The notes under the pieces: model-generated
The model's database searches: none
What the model was told of the DNA's origin: nothing
The model's input: the letters and a program-made list of their open reading frames with translations, nothing else
Program-made: the position numbers and the translations under genes
Shown here: one piece after another, positions 45,490 through 54,992 of the stretch
Layout of the letters: every line of letters begins with the position of its first letter
Position numbering within the stretch: position 1 is the stretch's first letter
Source of the DNA: a virus
Taxonomy: Duplodnaviria; Heunggongvirae; Uroviricota; Caudoviricetes
DNA: 64,000 bases
Direction: 5' to 3' (one strand)
Virus record (IMG/VR): IMGVR_UViG_3300032280_000361

Positions 45490-46137
45490 TTATTTTTTAA
45501 ATTTAATTTTCCAATAAACACCACCTCTTAGATATGGAGAGAATGTACCATTTGTACCATCAGTTGTTCTGTTATCAACTCCTACTCCTAATTGATATAT
45601 CTTATCCTTCTTAGTATTGATTAACACACCTGCTCCTACTGAACTTACGAAATCAGCTTTATTGAATCCACCTTCTAAACCATAAAATACTTTAGTTTTA
45701 GGTAATTCTTTAACAATTGTAGTTTCTTTGATAGTTCTTTGTTTTACATTTGCATTGAAAGTTCTACCTAAGATTCTATTTTGTGAAATTGTATCAGTTA
45801 CCGCCACAGTTCCTAAAGAATCAGGTAATACTAACACATCCTTATATAATACTTTTGAATAATAATCTTTTAATAATGCTACGGTATCGATTACTGCAGG
45901 AATGATTACTTCTTTCTCAACAATTGTTTCGTGATAAATATCTTCACCTTTTTTAGTTACCACTTTAGTCTTTACAATATCAACCGTATCGATTTCGTGC
46001 TTAATTACTTCATACGCTTTGCCAGCTATGAATACTTTTTTACCAGGTAATATATCACCTGGATTAAACCACTGCAATAAAACGAATATAATCAATGCTA
46101 CGATTGCTATATTCTTAAAGTTCAACAATTTTTTCAT
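45490..46137 (-). CDS. Membrane-anchored protein with C-terminal beta-strand (outer-membrane-like) region
   Basis: N-terminal TM; ends in amphipathic strands GVGV...GGVYWKIKF. Confidence 0.65.
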   Translation of the reverse strand: MKKLLNFKNIAIVALIIFVLLQWFNPGDILPGKKVFIAGKAYEVIKHEIDTVDIVKTKVVTKKGEDIYHETIVEKEVIIPAVIDTVALLKDYYSKVLYKDVLVLPDSLGTVAVTDTISQNRILGRTFNANVKQRTIKETTIVKELPKTKVFYGLEGGFNKADFVSSVGAGVLINTKKDKIYQLGVGVDNRTTDGTNGTFSPYLRGGVYWKIKFKK

Positions 46138-46174
46138 AATCTATTTAATTTATGTGTATAAATATTGATTTATT

Positions 46175-47611
46175 TTAAAATACCATCTTAGAACCAATTT
46201 GAATATTGTTCATCAAAGAGAATTCAGGAGAAAACATCATATTTGCTCTATATGATGCCGAAAATCCAAATCTTTTACTAATTTTGTAATCATATCCCAA
46301 TCCAACCATTGCTCCAGGTGTTCTAGTAACTGAACTACTACCTGTTACGGTATTCCATGCTAATGGTGATTGCATTAAAAATACTTGTGGAGTTAGAGTA
46401 ACTTTTTTACTATACTGAAATGGTTTCATCCAAAATCCAACAAAAGATGAGAGTAAACTTACATCATATCCACCCTTATTCATATTCTGCATCATTAAGG
46501 TTATAACACCAACATTATATCCAAATGTTCCATATTTAGGATGTGGTTTAATCCACGTGTATCCATTAAGGTTCATTAGAGTTCCTTTAAGGTAAGCAAA
46601 CGTAGTTCCGTATGAATGTATTGCATTTAGTTTACCTTCTTCAAAATCCATCTTAGTAATACCACCACTCAATGCAAATTGGTCTAATGTACTCCAAATA
46701 AGCGCGGTAGCCGAATATGATTTATCTCCCATTAAAGATGATTTAGATACACCTACACTCATCATTACAGCGTAGTTACCATCTGCATCTTCCGTACCAG
46801 CCAAATCAGATGCTAACATCATTGGGTTTGCTACTGCTTTCTTTTTTTCCTCTTTTTTCTTTTCTTCCTTCTTCTCCTCTTTCTTTTCTTCTTTAGATTC
46901 TTCTTTTTTCTCCTCCGATTTAGATTCTTCTTTCTTTTCTTCTTTTTTTTCTTCTGTTTTGCTTTCTGATTTCTTTTCTTCAGTTTTAGATTCACTCTTT
47001 GCTTCCGTTTTGGTCTCCGATTTTGTTTCAGATGAAGATGAACCACCGCTAGATGAATTACTCTCTCCAGATGAAGAAGAACCACCACTAGAAGAAGATG
47101 ATGATGAGCTACTTCCACCACTTTGAGATGAACTTCCTCCACTTGCAGGCGGAGGTGGGGTAGAACCCGCTGATGAACTTGCGGCTCCACTTGCCGATGA
47201 ACTTGCGGCTCCACTTGCAGATGAAGATGCCGCAGCACTTGCCGATGAAGATGCGGCAGAAGAAGCTGCTGAACTTGCGGCATTTGATGCAGCAGTTGAT
47301 GCCGCCTGTGTTACCGTATTCTGTACGGTCTGTTGAACTACTATATTTGTAGGGCAACCCATTGTGGAATAAGCTAAGTAGGTTGTCTGTAACCATACTT
47401 GCACCATTCCTGTCTGAACTTCAAATGGTGTGAATGATTTTGATTGATTGTAAAAAGAAACTATTGCATTTCCGTTTACATATTGTGTGGTTACTAATTT
47501 CCTTTCACCGCTACACTTATCTATAAAAGATTGGGTGTATGTTTGTCCGCTCGCATTTTCAGCGAATAATAAAGTAACAATTATAGTTAAACATGATATC
47601 CATCTTTTCAT
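46175..47611 (-). CDS. Secreted protein with S/A/G and E/K low-complexity stalk and probable C-terminal outer-membrane beta-barrel
   Basis: Signal peptide, low-complexity tract, alternating strands, terminal Phe. Confidence 0.7.
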   Translation of the reverse strand: MKRWISCLTIIVTLLFAENASGQTYTQSFIDKCSGERKLVTTQYVNGNAIVSFYNQSKSFTPFEVQTGMVQVWLQTTYLAYSTMGCPTNIVVQQTVQNTVTQAASTAASNAASSAASSAASSSASAAASSSASGAASSSASGAASSSAGSTPPPPASGGSSSQSGGSSSSSSSSSGGSSSSGESNSSSGGSSSSETKSETKTEAKSESKTEEKKSESKTEEKKEEKKEESKSEEKKEESKEEKKEEKKEEKKKEEKKKAVANPMMLASDLAGTEDADGNYAVMMSVGVSKSSLMGDKSYSATALIWSTLDQFALSGGITKMDFEEGKLNAIHSYGTTFAYLKGTLMNLNGYTWIKPHPKYGTFGYNVGVITLMMQNMNKGGYDVSLLSSFVGFWMKPFQYSKKVTLTPQVFLMQSPLAWNTVTGSSSVTRTPGAMVGLGYDYKISKRFGFSASYRANMMFSPEFSLMNNIQIGSKMVF

Positions 47612-47928
47612 TAACGTTTTTCTCTTAATGCTCTGTTAGGCAAAGGTCTATTTGGAATAGTTCTTCTTTGTGGAGCAAATCTAGGAATGTAACGATTATT
47701 AGGTACTATAATAGGTCGGTTTCTTTGTATGATAATTGGATTATAATATGGAACTCTCCAATTATAATTTAAGAATATCGGAGATGGTACATATAAATTA
47801 TCATACACCACTCTTTGTTTTACTACTACAGAATCTTTAGGGTCTACATACACATATCTTACAGGTGTACAATTTGTTAAAAACATTACTACCCATAAAA
47901 ATAATAGAATTGATACTATTTTTTTCAT
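47611..47928 (-). CDS. Putative lipoprotein, Pro/Arg-rich tail
   Basis: Lipobox-like LTNC. Confidence 0.65.
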   Translation of the reverse strand: MKKIVSILLFLWVVMFLTNCTPVRYVYVDPKDSVVVKQRVVYDNLYVPSPIFLNYNWRVPYYNPIIIQRNRPIIVPNNRYIPRFAPQRRTIPNRPLPNRALREKR

Positions 47929-47932
47929 AATT

Positions 47933-48115
47933 TTATTGTTTTTGTTTTAAGGTATAATAAATCGCAAAGTATGTATGTCTTATAAATATTAAACATATAA
48001 ACCCTATCATTACCGATAATGTCTGACTAGTGAACTTATAAAATATATATCCAAATCCTGTAGCTACTAATAATGCAATCAATGTAAATGCAAGTGCTGA
48101 TAATTTTGTTTTCAT
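47933..48115 (-). CDS. Small membrane protein
   Basis: Two TM segments. Confidence 0.6.
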   Translation of the reverse strand: MKTKLSALAFTLIALLVATGFGYIFYKFTSQTLSVMIGFICLIFIRHTYFAIYYTLKQKQ

Positions 48116-48120
48116 AATGA

Positions 48121-48864
48121 TTATCTTTGATATAAATATACCATACCTTCATTATCTATACAAATAGCACTCATATTCTCAATCCAATCCCCACTATTAA
48201 GATATCTTTTTCCATCAATCATTCTATCCGCAGGTTGGTGAATGTGTCCGCAAATAACCCCATTGCACCCTTTTTTGGTGGCCATACTCAATGCAGTAAC
48301 TTCAAAATCGTTTACATAGTTTGTTGCAACTTTAACACTTTCTTTAATCTTTTGTGAAATGGATATATAAGGTAGCTTTCTCCATTTACGATATGTGTTA
48401 TAAACTCTATTTAACCAAAGAGCAAAATCATAACCAACTGCACCTATTTTCGATAACCACTTATACTTTGTTATAAAAACATCAATAACATCTCCGTGAA
48501 AAATATAGTAACTCTCATTTCTATAGATATCATCTTCTACCCAAACTTTTGTAGTAAATACATAATCCTCTCTAATTTCAATTGTACCCAAATGAGTACC
48601 GATAAATTCTTGTATAAACTCATCGTGGTTTCCTCTTATCCAAATGATTTTAGTTTTGTTTGATAATTTTAATAATTTAGATATAACTTTAGTATGCTGT
48701 TTTTTCCACTTTGTTCCTCTATTTAATGCCCATCCATCGATTATATCTCCATTAAGAATAAGTAAGTTAGTTGGATGTTTATCTAAAAATTCTATAAACT
48801 CTTCTGCTTTACTATCTTTTGTCCCTAAATGTAAATCCGATGCAATTACTACTTGATATTTCAT
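48121..48864 (-). CDS. LpxH-like metallophosphoesterase (UDP-2,3-diacylglucosamine hydrolase family)
   Basis: SDLHLG, GDIIDGW, GNHD, HGD..D, CGHIH, YLNSGDW.E. Confidence 0.85.
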   Translation of the reverse strand: MKYQVVIASDLHLGTKDSKAEEFIEFLDKHPTNLLILNGDIIDGWALNRGTKWKKQHTKVISKLLKLSNKTKIIWIRGNHDEFIQEFIGTHLGTIEIREDYVFTTKVWVEDDIYRNESYYIFHGDVIDVFITKYKWLSKIGAVGYDFALWLNRVYNTYRKWRKLPYISISQKIKESVKVATNYVNDFEVTALSMATKKGCNGVICGHIHQPADRMIDGKRYLNSGDWIENMSAICIDNEGMVYLYQR

Positions 48865-49154
48865 TTTTTAAATAATTTTTTCCAAATTTTATTATTAGGA
48901 TTACCTAACTTCATTCCAATATATTTTCCTAAAACTGAACCTATTATGTAAAAAATAACAATTCTAAAATTCCCTTTCAATAAATCATCAATTGCATAAT
49001 ATGTAGATGCTAATGCAACTAAATTTATCCAAACTGAATTTAATAATAAAGCTCCTATTTTATTTTGGTATGTATATTTTATTTCCAATACTTTGAAAAT
49101 ATTATACATTGTTTGTGCTAATAACACAATTATCTCTTTATACATTAATTCCAA
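48861..49154 (-). CDS. Small membrane protein
   Basis: Three TM segments; packed ORF. Confidence 0.65.
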   Translation of the reverse strand: MELMYKEIIVLLAQTMYNIFKVLEIKYTYQNKIGALLLNSVWINLVALASTYYAIDDLLKGNFRIVIFYIIGSVLGKYIGMKLGNPNNKIWKKLFKK

Positions 49155-49840
49155 TAATTATGAGATTGTTTAAAAAATTGTGAATTGTTTCTATTGAAGT
49201 AACATTTTACAGTTAACCAAGCCATATAAAAGAAACCTTTGTTCTTAAATCTTCTCGCTGATGTCCATACACCTTTTGTATTGTGTATTTTCATACTTTC
49301 TGCTCTTTGTGAAACCCAATAATCTTCTGCAAATAAATGTGTTTCATCATATCCTCCCGTTTTCCAATATGCTTCAATTTTCCATAGTTGGAATCCACCT
49401 ATTGCAAATGGAGTTCCTATCCAATTACTTATTTTTTGCTGAATATCGAATAATTTAAATATCCAATTATATCCCATTTCTGTTTGAAATGGTACAGTCA
49501 CCAAATCAGTATCGTATGCTAAACATTCTCCTAATACAAATTTGTTGAATAACATTATATCTGCATCTAAAAAAAGAATGTAAGGAGTGGTTACCAATTT
49601 ACTTCCCTCTAATCTTGCCTTTGCCGGAAACCCACCTTTTATTACTTCTATATTTAGTGAGTATTTGTATTCGTTTTGTGCTTTCCATAACCACCAAAGA
49701 GATTCTTCTTCATCGGAAGTATCTGCAATAATAACTTTAGTTCCAGTACATCCCACTTGCTTTGCAATAAATCCAATACATTCATATATGTTTTCATTTT
49801 CGTTTTTACAAGGGATTACAATAGTTAGTAAGTCTTTCAT
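49145..49840 (-). CDS. Glycosyltransferase family 2
   Basis: IVIPCKNE, LFLDAD, GGYDE...AED, TSARRF. Confidence 0.9.
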   Translation of the reverse strand: MKDLLTIVIPCKNENENIYECIGFIAKQVGCTGTKVIIADTSDEEESLWWLWKAQNEYKYSLNIEVIKGGFPAKARLEGSKLVTTPYILFLDADIMLFNKFVLGECLAYDTDLVTVPFQTEMGYNWIFKLFDIQQKISNWIGTPFAIGGFQLWKIEAYWKTGGYDETHLFAEDYWVSQRAESMKIHNTKGVWTSARRFKNKGFFYMAWLTVKCYFNRNNSQFFKQSHNYWN

Positions 49841-49851
49841 ATGAGTATAAA

Positions 49852-49880
49852 TAAAAAACCCCCATTATTAAATGAGGGTT
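49852..49880 (-). terminator. Intrinsic terminator
   Basis: AACCCTCATT-TAAT-AATGGGGGTT then U tract. Confidence 0.65.
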
Positions 49881-49897
49881 AGTAGATTATTAAAATA

Positions 49898-50620
49898 TTA
49901 TTTTTCAAATACACCTTTTTTAACCATCTTACCTAAAATGTTTGCACAAGCTATATCCAATGCTTTCTTTGTTGCAATACTAATAGTTGATTGATTGAAT
50001 TTAATTGGGTCTATCGTTGCATCTGAAAGGAGAGTTAATTCTCTTTTAGTAGTTGCTTCACCCAATCCACTTGCTGCTATAATAGTTCCGTTCTCCGCAT
50101 GTGTGAATCTAACTTGAAGACCAATACGAGTTACCATATTATCTTTGATACCATCTTTTAAGTTAATAGTTTCATCTTCTGATACTGAATAATCATAAAC
50201 TTCGATTTCAACAAAGTAATGTGCTAAACGGATTTTACCCATTCCATTTAATTTGTCTTCCGAAATACCTGCTTGAGAAGCCTGAAATTGTTTAACCATT
50301 CGGTTTTTAATCTCTGTCTTATCTTCCGTAAACATAAACCTGTTAAGATTATCCAAATATTCCAACGTGATATTAGCCACACCCAAACCCACTTTCTTTT
50401 CTTTGAGTTCTGGATATTGCTCATAAACTTCATCACCAATACCACATTTGAGAATTTGTATTGGGATTTGTTTACCATCATAATCTAAGAATTGAGAAAT
50501 ATCTGATTTAGTTTCGAAACTTGCTTTGAATTGTTCTGTTTTTGTTGAACCGATTGTTTGAGCAACAACCGCAACACTGCTTAATAAAAATAAGCTTAAG
50601 AATACCAATAATTTTTTCAT
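49898..50620 (-). CDS. CsgG/HfaB-like secreted protein
   Basis: Signal peptide; GLGVA.I..E.L...NRF...E, GKI..A.Y, V.D.SV, LQVRF..AENG.II pattern. Confidence 0.65.
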   Translation of the reverse strand: MKKLLVFLSLFLLSSVAVVAQTIGSTKTEQFKASFETKSDISQFLDYDGKQIPIQILKCGIGDEVYEQYPELKEKKVGLGVANITLEYLDNLNRFMFTEDKTEIKNRMVKQFQASQAGISEDKLNGMGKIRLAHYFVEIEVYDYSVSEDETINLKDGIKDNMVTRIGLQVRFTHAENGTIIAASGLGEATTKRELTLLSDATIDPIKFNQSTISIATKKALDIACANILGKMVKKGVFEK

Positions 50621-50653
50621 ATATCTTTTTCATATTTTGTTCTTCTATAAATA

Positions 50654-50683
50654 TAAAAAAAGGGAGAAACAATGTTCTCCCTT
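50654..50683 (-). terminator. Intrinsic terminator
   Basis: AAGGGAGAAC-ATT-GTTTCTCCCTT then U tract. Confidence 0.7.
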
Positions 50684-50686
50684 AAT

Positions 50687-51166
50687 TTATTTAGTTATAC
50701 TTGGTTCTTCCAAATTTTTAATATATTCATCAATCAATCTACTAACCGCTTCAGGCTTTTCATCAGCCTTAAACTTAACCTTTATTTTAGCCATACCGGT
50801 TTCGTTTGGATTAAACCCAGAATCAACCTCAATACCTTTGATATTGTGTTCGTATCCTTTCTTTTTAAATAATCCCAATAGAGATTTTTTAAGGCTAGAT
50901 ACTTCTTTTTCTTCATCACCAAATATAAGTCTACAAGAGAATTCAATATCCAGTTCCTCCAATCCAATAGATGAGTGGTCTGCTAAAATATAAAGAGGTA
51001 CAACCAAATCCTTACCACCTACATTAAAGGTTTGGGTTTTGGGTGTACCATCTTCATTGAAATAGTTTCGGAGAGCATTAATATGCTGTCTTTCACTTAT
51101 ACCTTGAGAAACCATAGCGGCCTCTAAAAGACCGCCAACTAGTTCCTCTACATTTAATCTTGCCAT
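50687..51166 (-). CDS. DUF2589-like protein
   Basis: EL..GL.EA...Q, VPLY.L.DHSS.GLEEL.IEF, E.PEAVSR. Confidence 0.6.
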   Translation of the reverse strand: MARLNVEELVGGLLEAAMVSQGISERQHINALRNYFNEDGTPKTQTFNVGGKDLVVPLYILADHSSIGLEELDIEFSCRLIFGDEEKEVSSLKKSLLGLFKKKGYEHNIKGIEVDSGFNPNETGMAKIKVKFKADEKPEAVSRLIDEYIKNLEEPSITK

Positions 51167-51188
51167 AATATAACCTTTATTTTATTTA

Positions 51189-51785
51189 TTACTTTCTTTC
51201 TTCAGTAAGTGGAATTAAAGATGGTTCTAACATTTGAGTTAGGTAATCTGATAATTTCAACATACCTTCAGTTGCCGGTAATTGCTCAGCGTGTACTTTT
51301 ACATTGTATTTAGCTGAATTATCCGTGCTTCTAGTGTTCTCTTTGTTGGTTGCAACTTTACCTGCTACTTTAGCACTAAAGCTCATACCCCACCACTTTC
51401 CACCAGCAGATGCTTCATAGCTGTTTTCAGTAGCTACTGTATCTTTTGATGCTTCTGATGTTTTAACTTCCATTGCAAATTCAATATCTGCTGAAGTAAT
51501 TGCCAATGAAGGAAGTGGAACTAATGGTAACATAGGAACTTTGCTATACAATTTTTGTATTTCTTGTTCACCTGTTTCACCGTTTGTAACCACGCGGTTC
51601 ATTTCTACGTCTAATGAACGAGCAGTTGTTTTACCTGTCTTTTCATCTTTTACGAAAGCTACTTCAGAAATGTATTTCCAAGTTACTTCGTTTAATTTTG
51701 CCTGTCCCTTAGCCATTCCAACGATAGGGGAAACAATTAGTTCCTCAATTGGAAGACCTGCGAATTGGTCTGCGATTCCTGCCAT
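51189..51785 (-). CDS. DUF2589 family protein
   Basis: F.GLPIEELI..P....AK.Q..L, VPMLPLVP.PSL.I, TRSTDNSAKY.V.V.A.Q. Confidence 0.75.
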   Translation of the reverse strand: MAGIADQFAGLPIEELIVSPIVGMAKGQAKLNEVTWKYISEVAFVKDEKTGKTTARSLDVEMNRVVTNGETGEQEIQKLYSKVPMLPLVPLPSLAITSADIEFAMEVKTSEASKDTVATENSYEASAGGKWWGMSFSAKVAGKVATNKENTRSTDNSAKYNVKVHAEQLPATEGMLKLSDYLTQMLEPSLIPLTEERK

Positions 51786-51865
51786 AAAATTTGGTTTTTT
51801 TAATTAATTAGGTTACTGTAACTTATTTGTGTATAAATATCATAAATTATTTAAATCAAACAATC

Positions 51866-52069
51866 TTATGAAAACTTAACCATTCCTTTATATTGTTTTT
51901 TTATCTTATCTATTTCAGAAACAGCTTCCGTAAAACTTTGTTTAATTTCTTCATTTACACTAAAATCCATAATAACCTCACAATGGGGACAAACTACCAT
52001 TGGGTGTTTTATGATAAATTCCAAAGTTAAGCCAATTGGTTTTCTACAAGCTGGACAAGGTAGTGCCAT
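51866..52069 (-). CDS. Small zinc-ribbon protein
   Basis: CPAC...CPHC. Confidence 0.7.
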   Translation of the reverse strand: MALPCPACRKPIGLTLEFIIKHPMVVCPHCEVIMDFSVNEEIKQSFTEAVSEIDKIKKQYKGMVKFS

Positions 52070-52091
52070 AACATTTTATTTTATATAGATA

Positions 52092-52119
52092 TAAAAAAGG
52101 GAGAAATGTTCTCCCTTTT
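52092..52119 (-). terminator. Intrinsic terminator
   Basis: AAAAGGGAGAA-CAT-TTCTCCCTTTT then U tract. Confidence 0.7.
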
Positions 52120-52121
52120 AA

Positions 52122-52961
52122 TCAAGCTAATAAATGATAATATTCTTTAAAGTGTTTGATTCTATCAGGTAATCCGATTGTTCCTCCGTTTACTCTTTTA
52201 GTAATCTTTGTTACAACTGTATCACTAGCTCCTTCATCCGCCATCTTATGTAATCCGTTTTTAGAGAAGAACCAAGCTGCTGATAATAAAGCGTATTGAG
52301 ATGCTACCTTATCAGGATTTGCTACGATATCTTCACCTATTGATTTACCAAATGCAGTATAGTTTTCCTTACCTGTCAATTGGATATATCCTCTACCTCT
52401 GAATTTGTATCCTTCACCACTTGATTCAGGTCCGTTACCCATTCTACCACCATATACTTTAGATGCAATCTTTTGTGGTTGTCTAGCATACGGAGTTGCT
52501 GCTGCTTCAGTTGGAAAATATTTCTTAAAGATACCAGCTAATCCTTTAGCTGAATAGTTTAAGTTTTCTTGTGTTGCTTTAAACCCGCCACTTTCGTGTC
52601 CACATTGTGCTAAGAAGTGTGCTAATCTCAATGGAGTATTAATTTGGAACTTAGCTGCCGTATCAGGAATCATAGCGATTACTGCATCAGGAATATGTCC
52701 CTTTAATTTATCTAATTTTAATCCACCTACCGGTGCTATTGGTGCACTTACAATTGGGGTAGGAGTTGCCGCAGATTCTCCCATTATTTTTGCCCAAGTT
52801 GCAGGTCCCACTATACCATCAGCAGTTAATCCATTTGCCGATTGCCAAGCCTTTACAGCTGCTTCAGTTTTTGGTCCAAAGTTAGTTACAGCTGGCTCAA
52901 TACCAAGCTTCTGCTGCATTAACTTTACATTTTCATTGTTGTCTCCTTTTTTTAATAACAT
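52122..52961 (-). CDS. Endolysin: peptidoglycan-binding domain plus GH19 catalytic domain
   Basis: FGPKTEAAVK.WQ...GL.ADGIVGP.TW; AHFLAQCGHESG, ENLNYS, FRGRGYIQLTG, VNGG..GL.DR. Confidence 0.93.
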   Translation of the reverse strand: MLLKKGDNNENVKLMQQKLGIEPAVTNFGPKTEAAVKAWQSANGLTADGIVGPATWAKIMGESAATPTPIVSAPIAPVGGLKLDKLKGHIPDAVIAMIPDTAAKFQINTPLRLAHFLAQCGHESGGFKATQENLNYSAKGLAGIFKKYFPTEAAATPYARQPQKIASKVYGGRMGNGPESSGEGYKFRGRGYIQLTGKENYTAFGKSIGEDIVANPDKVASQYALLSAAWFFSKNGLHKMADEGASDTVVTKITKRVNGGTIGLPDRIKHFKEYYHLLA

Positions 52962-52978
52962 AGTATTTGTGTTTTAGT

Positions 52979-53281
52979 TTATCCTTCTTCTGATTCTGCT
53001 TCTAATTTAGCTGCATCGTGCTCCGCTTTCTTATTGATAAACTTATCAACTGAAGCAATACCAAATGAACCTAAAGTTATTACCAAAAATCCGTTGAAGA
53101 TGTATTCGTTAATTAACAATGGTTTTCCCATATATCCGGTTACTAAGTCAACTACTAAAGCTAACACCATACAACCGAAAGATGCAAAACCTACAACTGA
53201 TTTCTCATTAATATCGTTGCTATCACTAAATAATTCTTTAAAAAATCCCATAATTTTCAATTTAATATATGAGTGTAACAA
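52979..53281 (-). CDS. Putative holin (start probably at MGFFKELF)
   Basis: Two TM segments, charged tail, immediately upstream of endolysin. Confidence 0.65.
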   Translation of the reverse strand: MLHSYIKLKIMGFFKELFSDSNDINEKSVVGFASFGCMVLALVVDLVTGYMGKPLLINEYIFNGFLVITLGSFGIASVDKFINKKAEHDAAKLEAESEEG

Positions 53282-53295
53282 TTATATAACTTTTT

Positions 53296-53910
53296 TTATC
53301 CAACTTGCTCAGCATCTTCATCTCTGATTTTGCCACATTTTAAACATTCTTCTTCACCATCACCATCTAAATCTCCCCATACGTGCTCACATTGTCTGTG
53401 TGCAAAATACATATCGATTTTACCATCACCATCGAAATCAATACCATCCATTGTACCATCGCCATCTTCATCCACTTCAATACCGGTTCTAGGTTTTGGT
53501 GCTTCAACGATTGTTTCTGATTCAACTTTAGGTTCTGAATGTGCATTTGAAATTGCTGCGGTAAATGCTTCTGGAATTAATGGAGTATTGTTTGGTGGTG
53601 TTACAGGCATATCTGCAGTATTACTCATTGCAGTACCATCTTCCTCATCCATTTTCTGAACTAACATTTTATCCTTATCAGTATCACTAAACCAATAGTC
53701 AATGATTTTACCATAAGAACCAATGAAGGCTCCTAATAACAATAATAGAAGTTCTTTCCATTCACCACCTATTTCATTTTTATTAATAATAGCGAAGAAC
53801 ATTCCTCCTATAATTAACATAAATCCACCCAATACTAATGCTGTGATGTACCATCTTCTGGCCATCATTTTATTTAATAGGTTTTTAAACCCGCTTGCTT
53901 GCTCTGCCAT
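53296..53910 (-). CDS. Two-TM membrane protein with DxDxDG repeats and Cys/His metal-binding tail
   Basis: LLGAFIG..GKIIDYWF; DEDGDG, DFDGDG, CEH, DLDGDG, CLKC. Confidence 0.7.
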   Translation of the reverse strand: MAEQASGFKNLLNKMMARRWYITALVLGGFMLIIGGMFFAIINKNEIGGEWKELLLLLLGAFIGSYGKIIDYWFSDTDKDKMLVQKMDEEDGTAMSNTADMPVTPPNNTPLIPEAFTAAISNAHSEPKVESETIVEAPKPRTGIEVDEDGDGTMDGIDFDGDGKIDMYFAHRQCEHVWGDLDGDGEEECLKCGKIRDEDAEQVG

Positions 53911-53936
53911 TTTATGTAAATTTTTAATACGTTAAA

Positions 53937-54251
53937 TTACCACTTAGGTGCTTCTTCTTTGAATTCATCACCTTCTTTTTTCTTAGCTGGAGCTGGTTTT
54001 TCTTTAACCGTTTCTTTTTCTTTAATAATTACAGTCTTACCACCACCTGCTGATTGAGATTGTTGGTTTGAGTTTGTAATGTTAATTACCGGTGCAGCTT
54101 GCTGAACTGGAGTTTCATCTTTATCTCCACCTGTTATTTGAGTTATACCCCAAGTTCCTAACCCCATCACTGCGGTTGTTACTACGCCGATAATAGTTTT
54201 CTTCAATCCTGATAGAGTACCATCATTTGAGTTTTCTACTTCTTCTGCCAT
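53937..54251 (-). CDS. Single-TM protein
   Basis: TM segment, PVINITN, charged tail. Confidence 0.65.
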   Translation of the reverse strand: MAEEVENSNDGTLSGLKKTIIGVVTTAVMGLGTWGITQITGGDKDETPVQQAAPVINITNSNQQSQSAGGGKTVIIKEKETVKEKPAPAKKKEGDEFKEEAPKW

Positions 54252-54272
54252 TTTTTTATTTTTTAGTTTATG

Positions 54273-54647
54273 TTATTGTAACTTATTAAAATCTGTTATT
54301 CCTAATTGTTTTCCGTTTGAATCAAACAATCCAATTCTATAAGCCGATGATGGTAATGCTGATGTATATACTTTTAATACGTTATCACCCGCTTTTACAC
54401 TCACCGTTTCTTTAGATACAACTCTATTAGCTATATCAAATATTCTAATTGTAACTGATTGTGCAGTTTCCATTTTAACATTCATAGCAACTTCCGATGT
54501 TACAAATGCAGATTGTAATTTAATACCAACTGAATTTACTATTTCAAGTTCAGATGATAATTTCTGTGGTTCTGGAAGAATTACATCTTCTTTATAGCAC
54601 CCACTTAAAAGGATTGTTGTAACCAATATTAATCCTAATTTTTTCAT
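54273..54647 (-). CDS. Lipoprotein consisting of a T9SS C-terminal-domain-like module
   Basis: Lipobox LSGC; IRIFDIANRVV...GDN...TSALPSSAYRI...TDFNKL. Confidence 0.65.
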   Translation of the reverse strand: MKKLGLILVTTILLSGCYKEDVILPEPQKLSSELEIVNSVGIKLQSAFVTSEVAMNVKMETAQSVTIRIFDIANRVVSKETVSVKAGDNVLKVYTSALPSSAYRIGLFDSNGKQLGITDFNKLQ

Positions 54648-54653
54648 TTTGTT

Positions 54654-54992
54654 TTATTTTATTAATGTTGTTTTACCTATTTCAGTTTTAGTAACATCTT
54701 CTAATACTAAGTATAAATATTGTGATTCGATTGAATTAGTATAAATCTTCTTTATGTTTTCTCCACCCTTCCCAATAAATCTCTCTCTGCTTAACACTTG
54801 CCCACTTTCTTTATCAATTAAACTTAAAGTATATGTTCCAGCAGATGGTAATTTAAAATATATATCCTGCCCATTTATTACTTTACTTTCCTTCACATCA
54901 AACACATAAGTAACAGGTGGCACTGGAAGTGGTAACTCTGGTTTAACACATCCTACTAATAAAATCAATGATATTAATATTATCCTTTTCAT
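54654..54992 (-). CDS. Lipoprotein, CTD/Ig-like, probable paralog of 54273-54647
   Basis: Lipobox LVGC; YTLSLID...GQVL..E...G.N..KIYT.S....YLYLVL. Confidence 0.6.
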   Translation of the reverse strand: MKRIILISLILLVGCVKPELPLPVPPVTYVFDVKESKVINGQDIYFKLPSAGTYTLSLIDKESGQVLSRERFIGKGGENIKKIYTNSIESQYLYLVLEDVTKTEIGKTTLIK

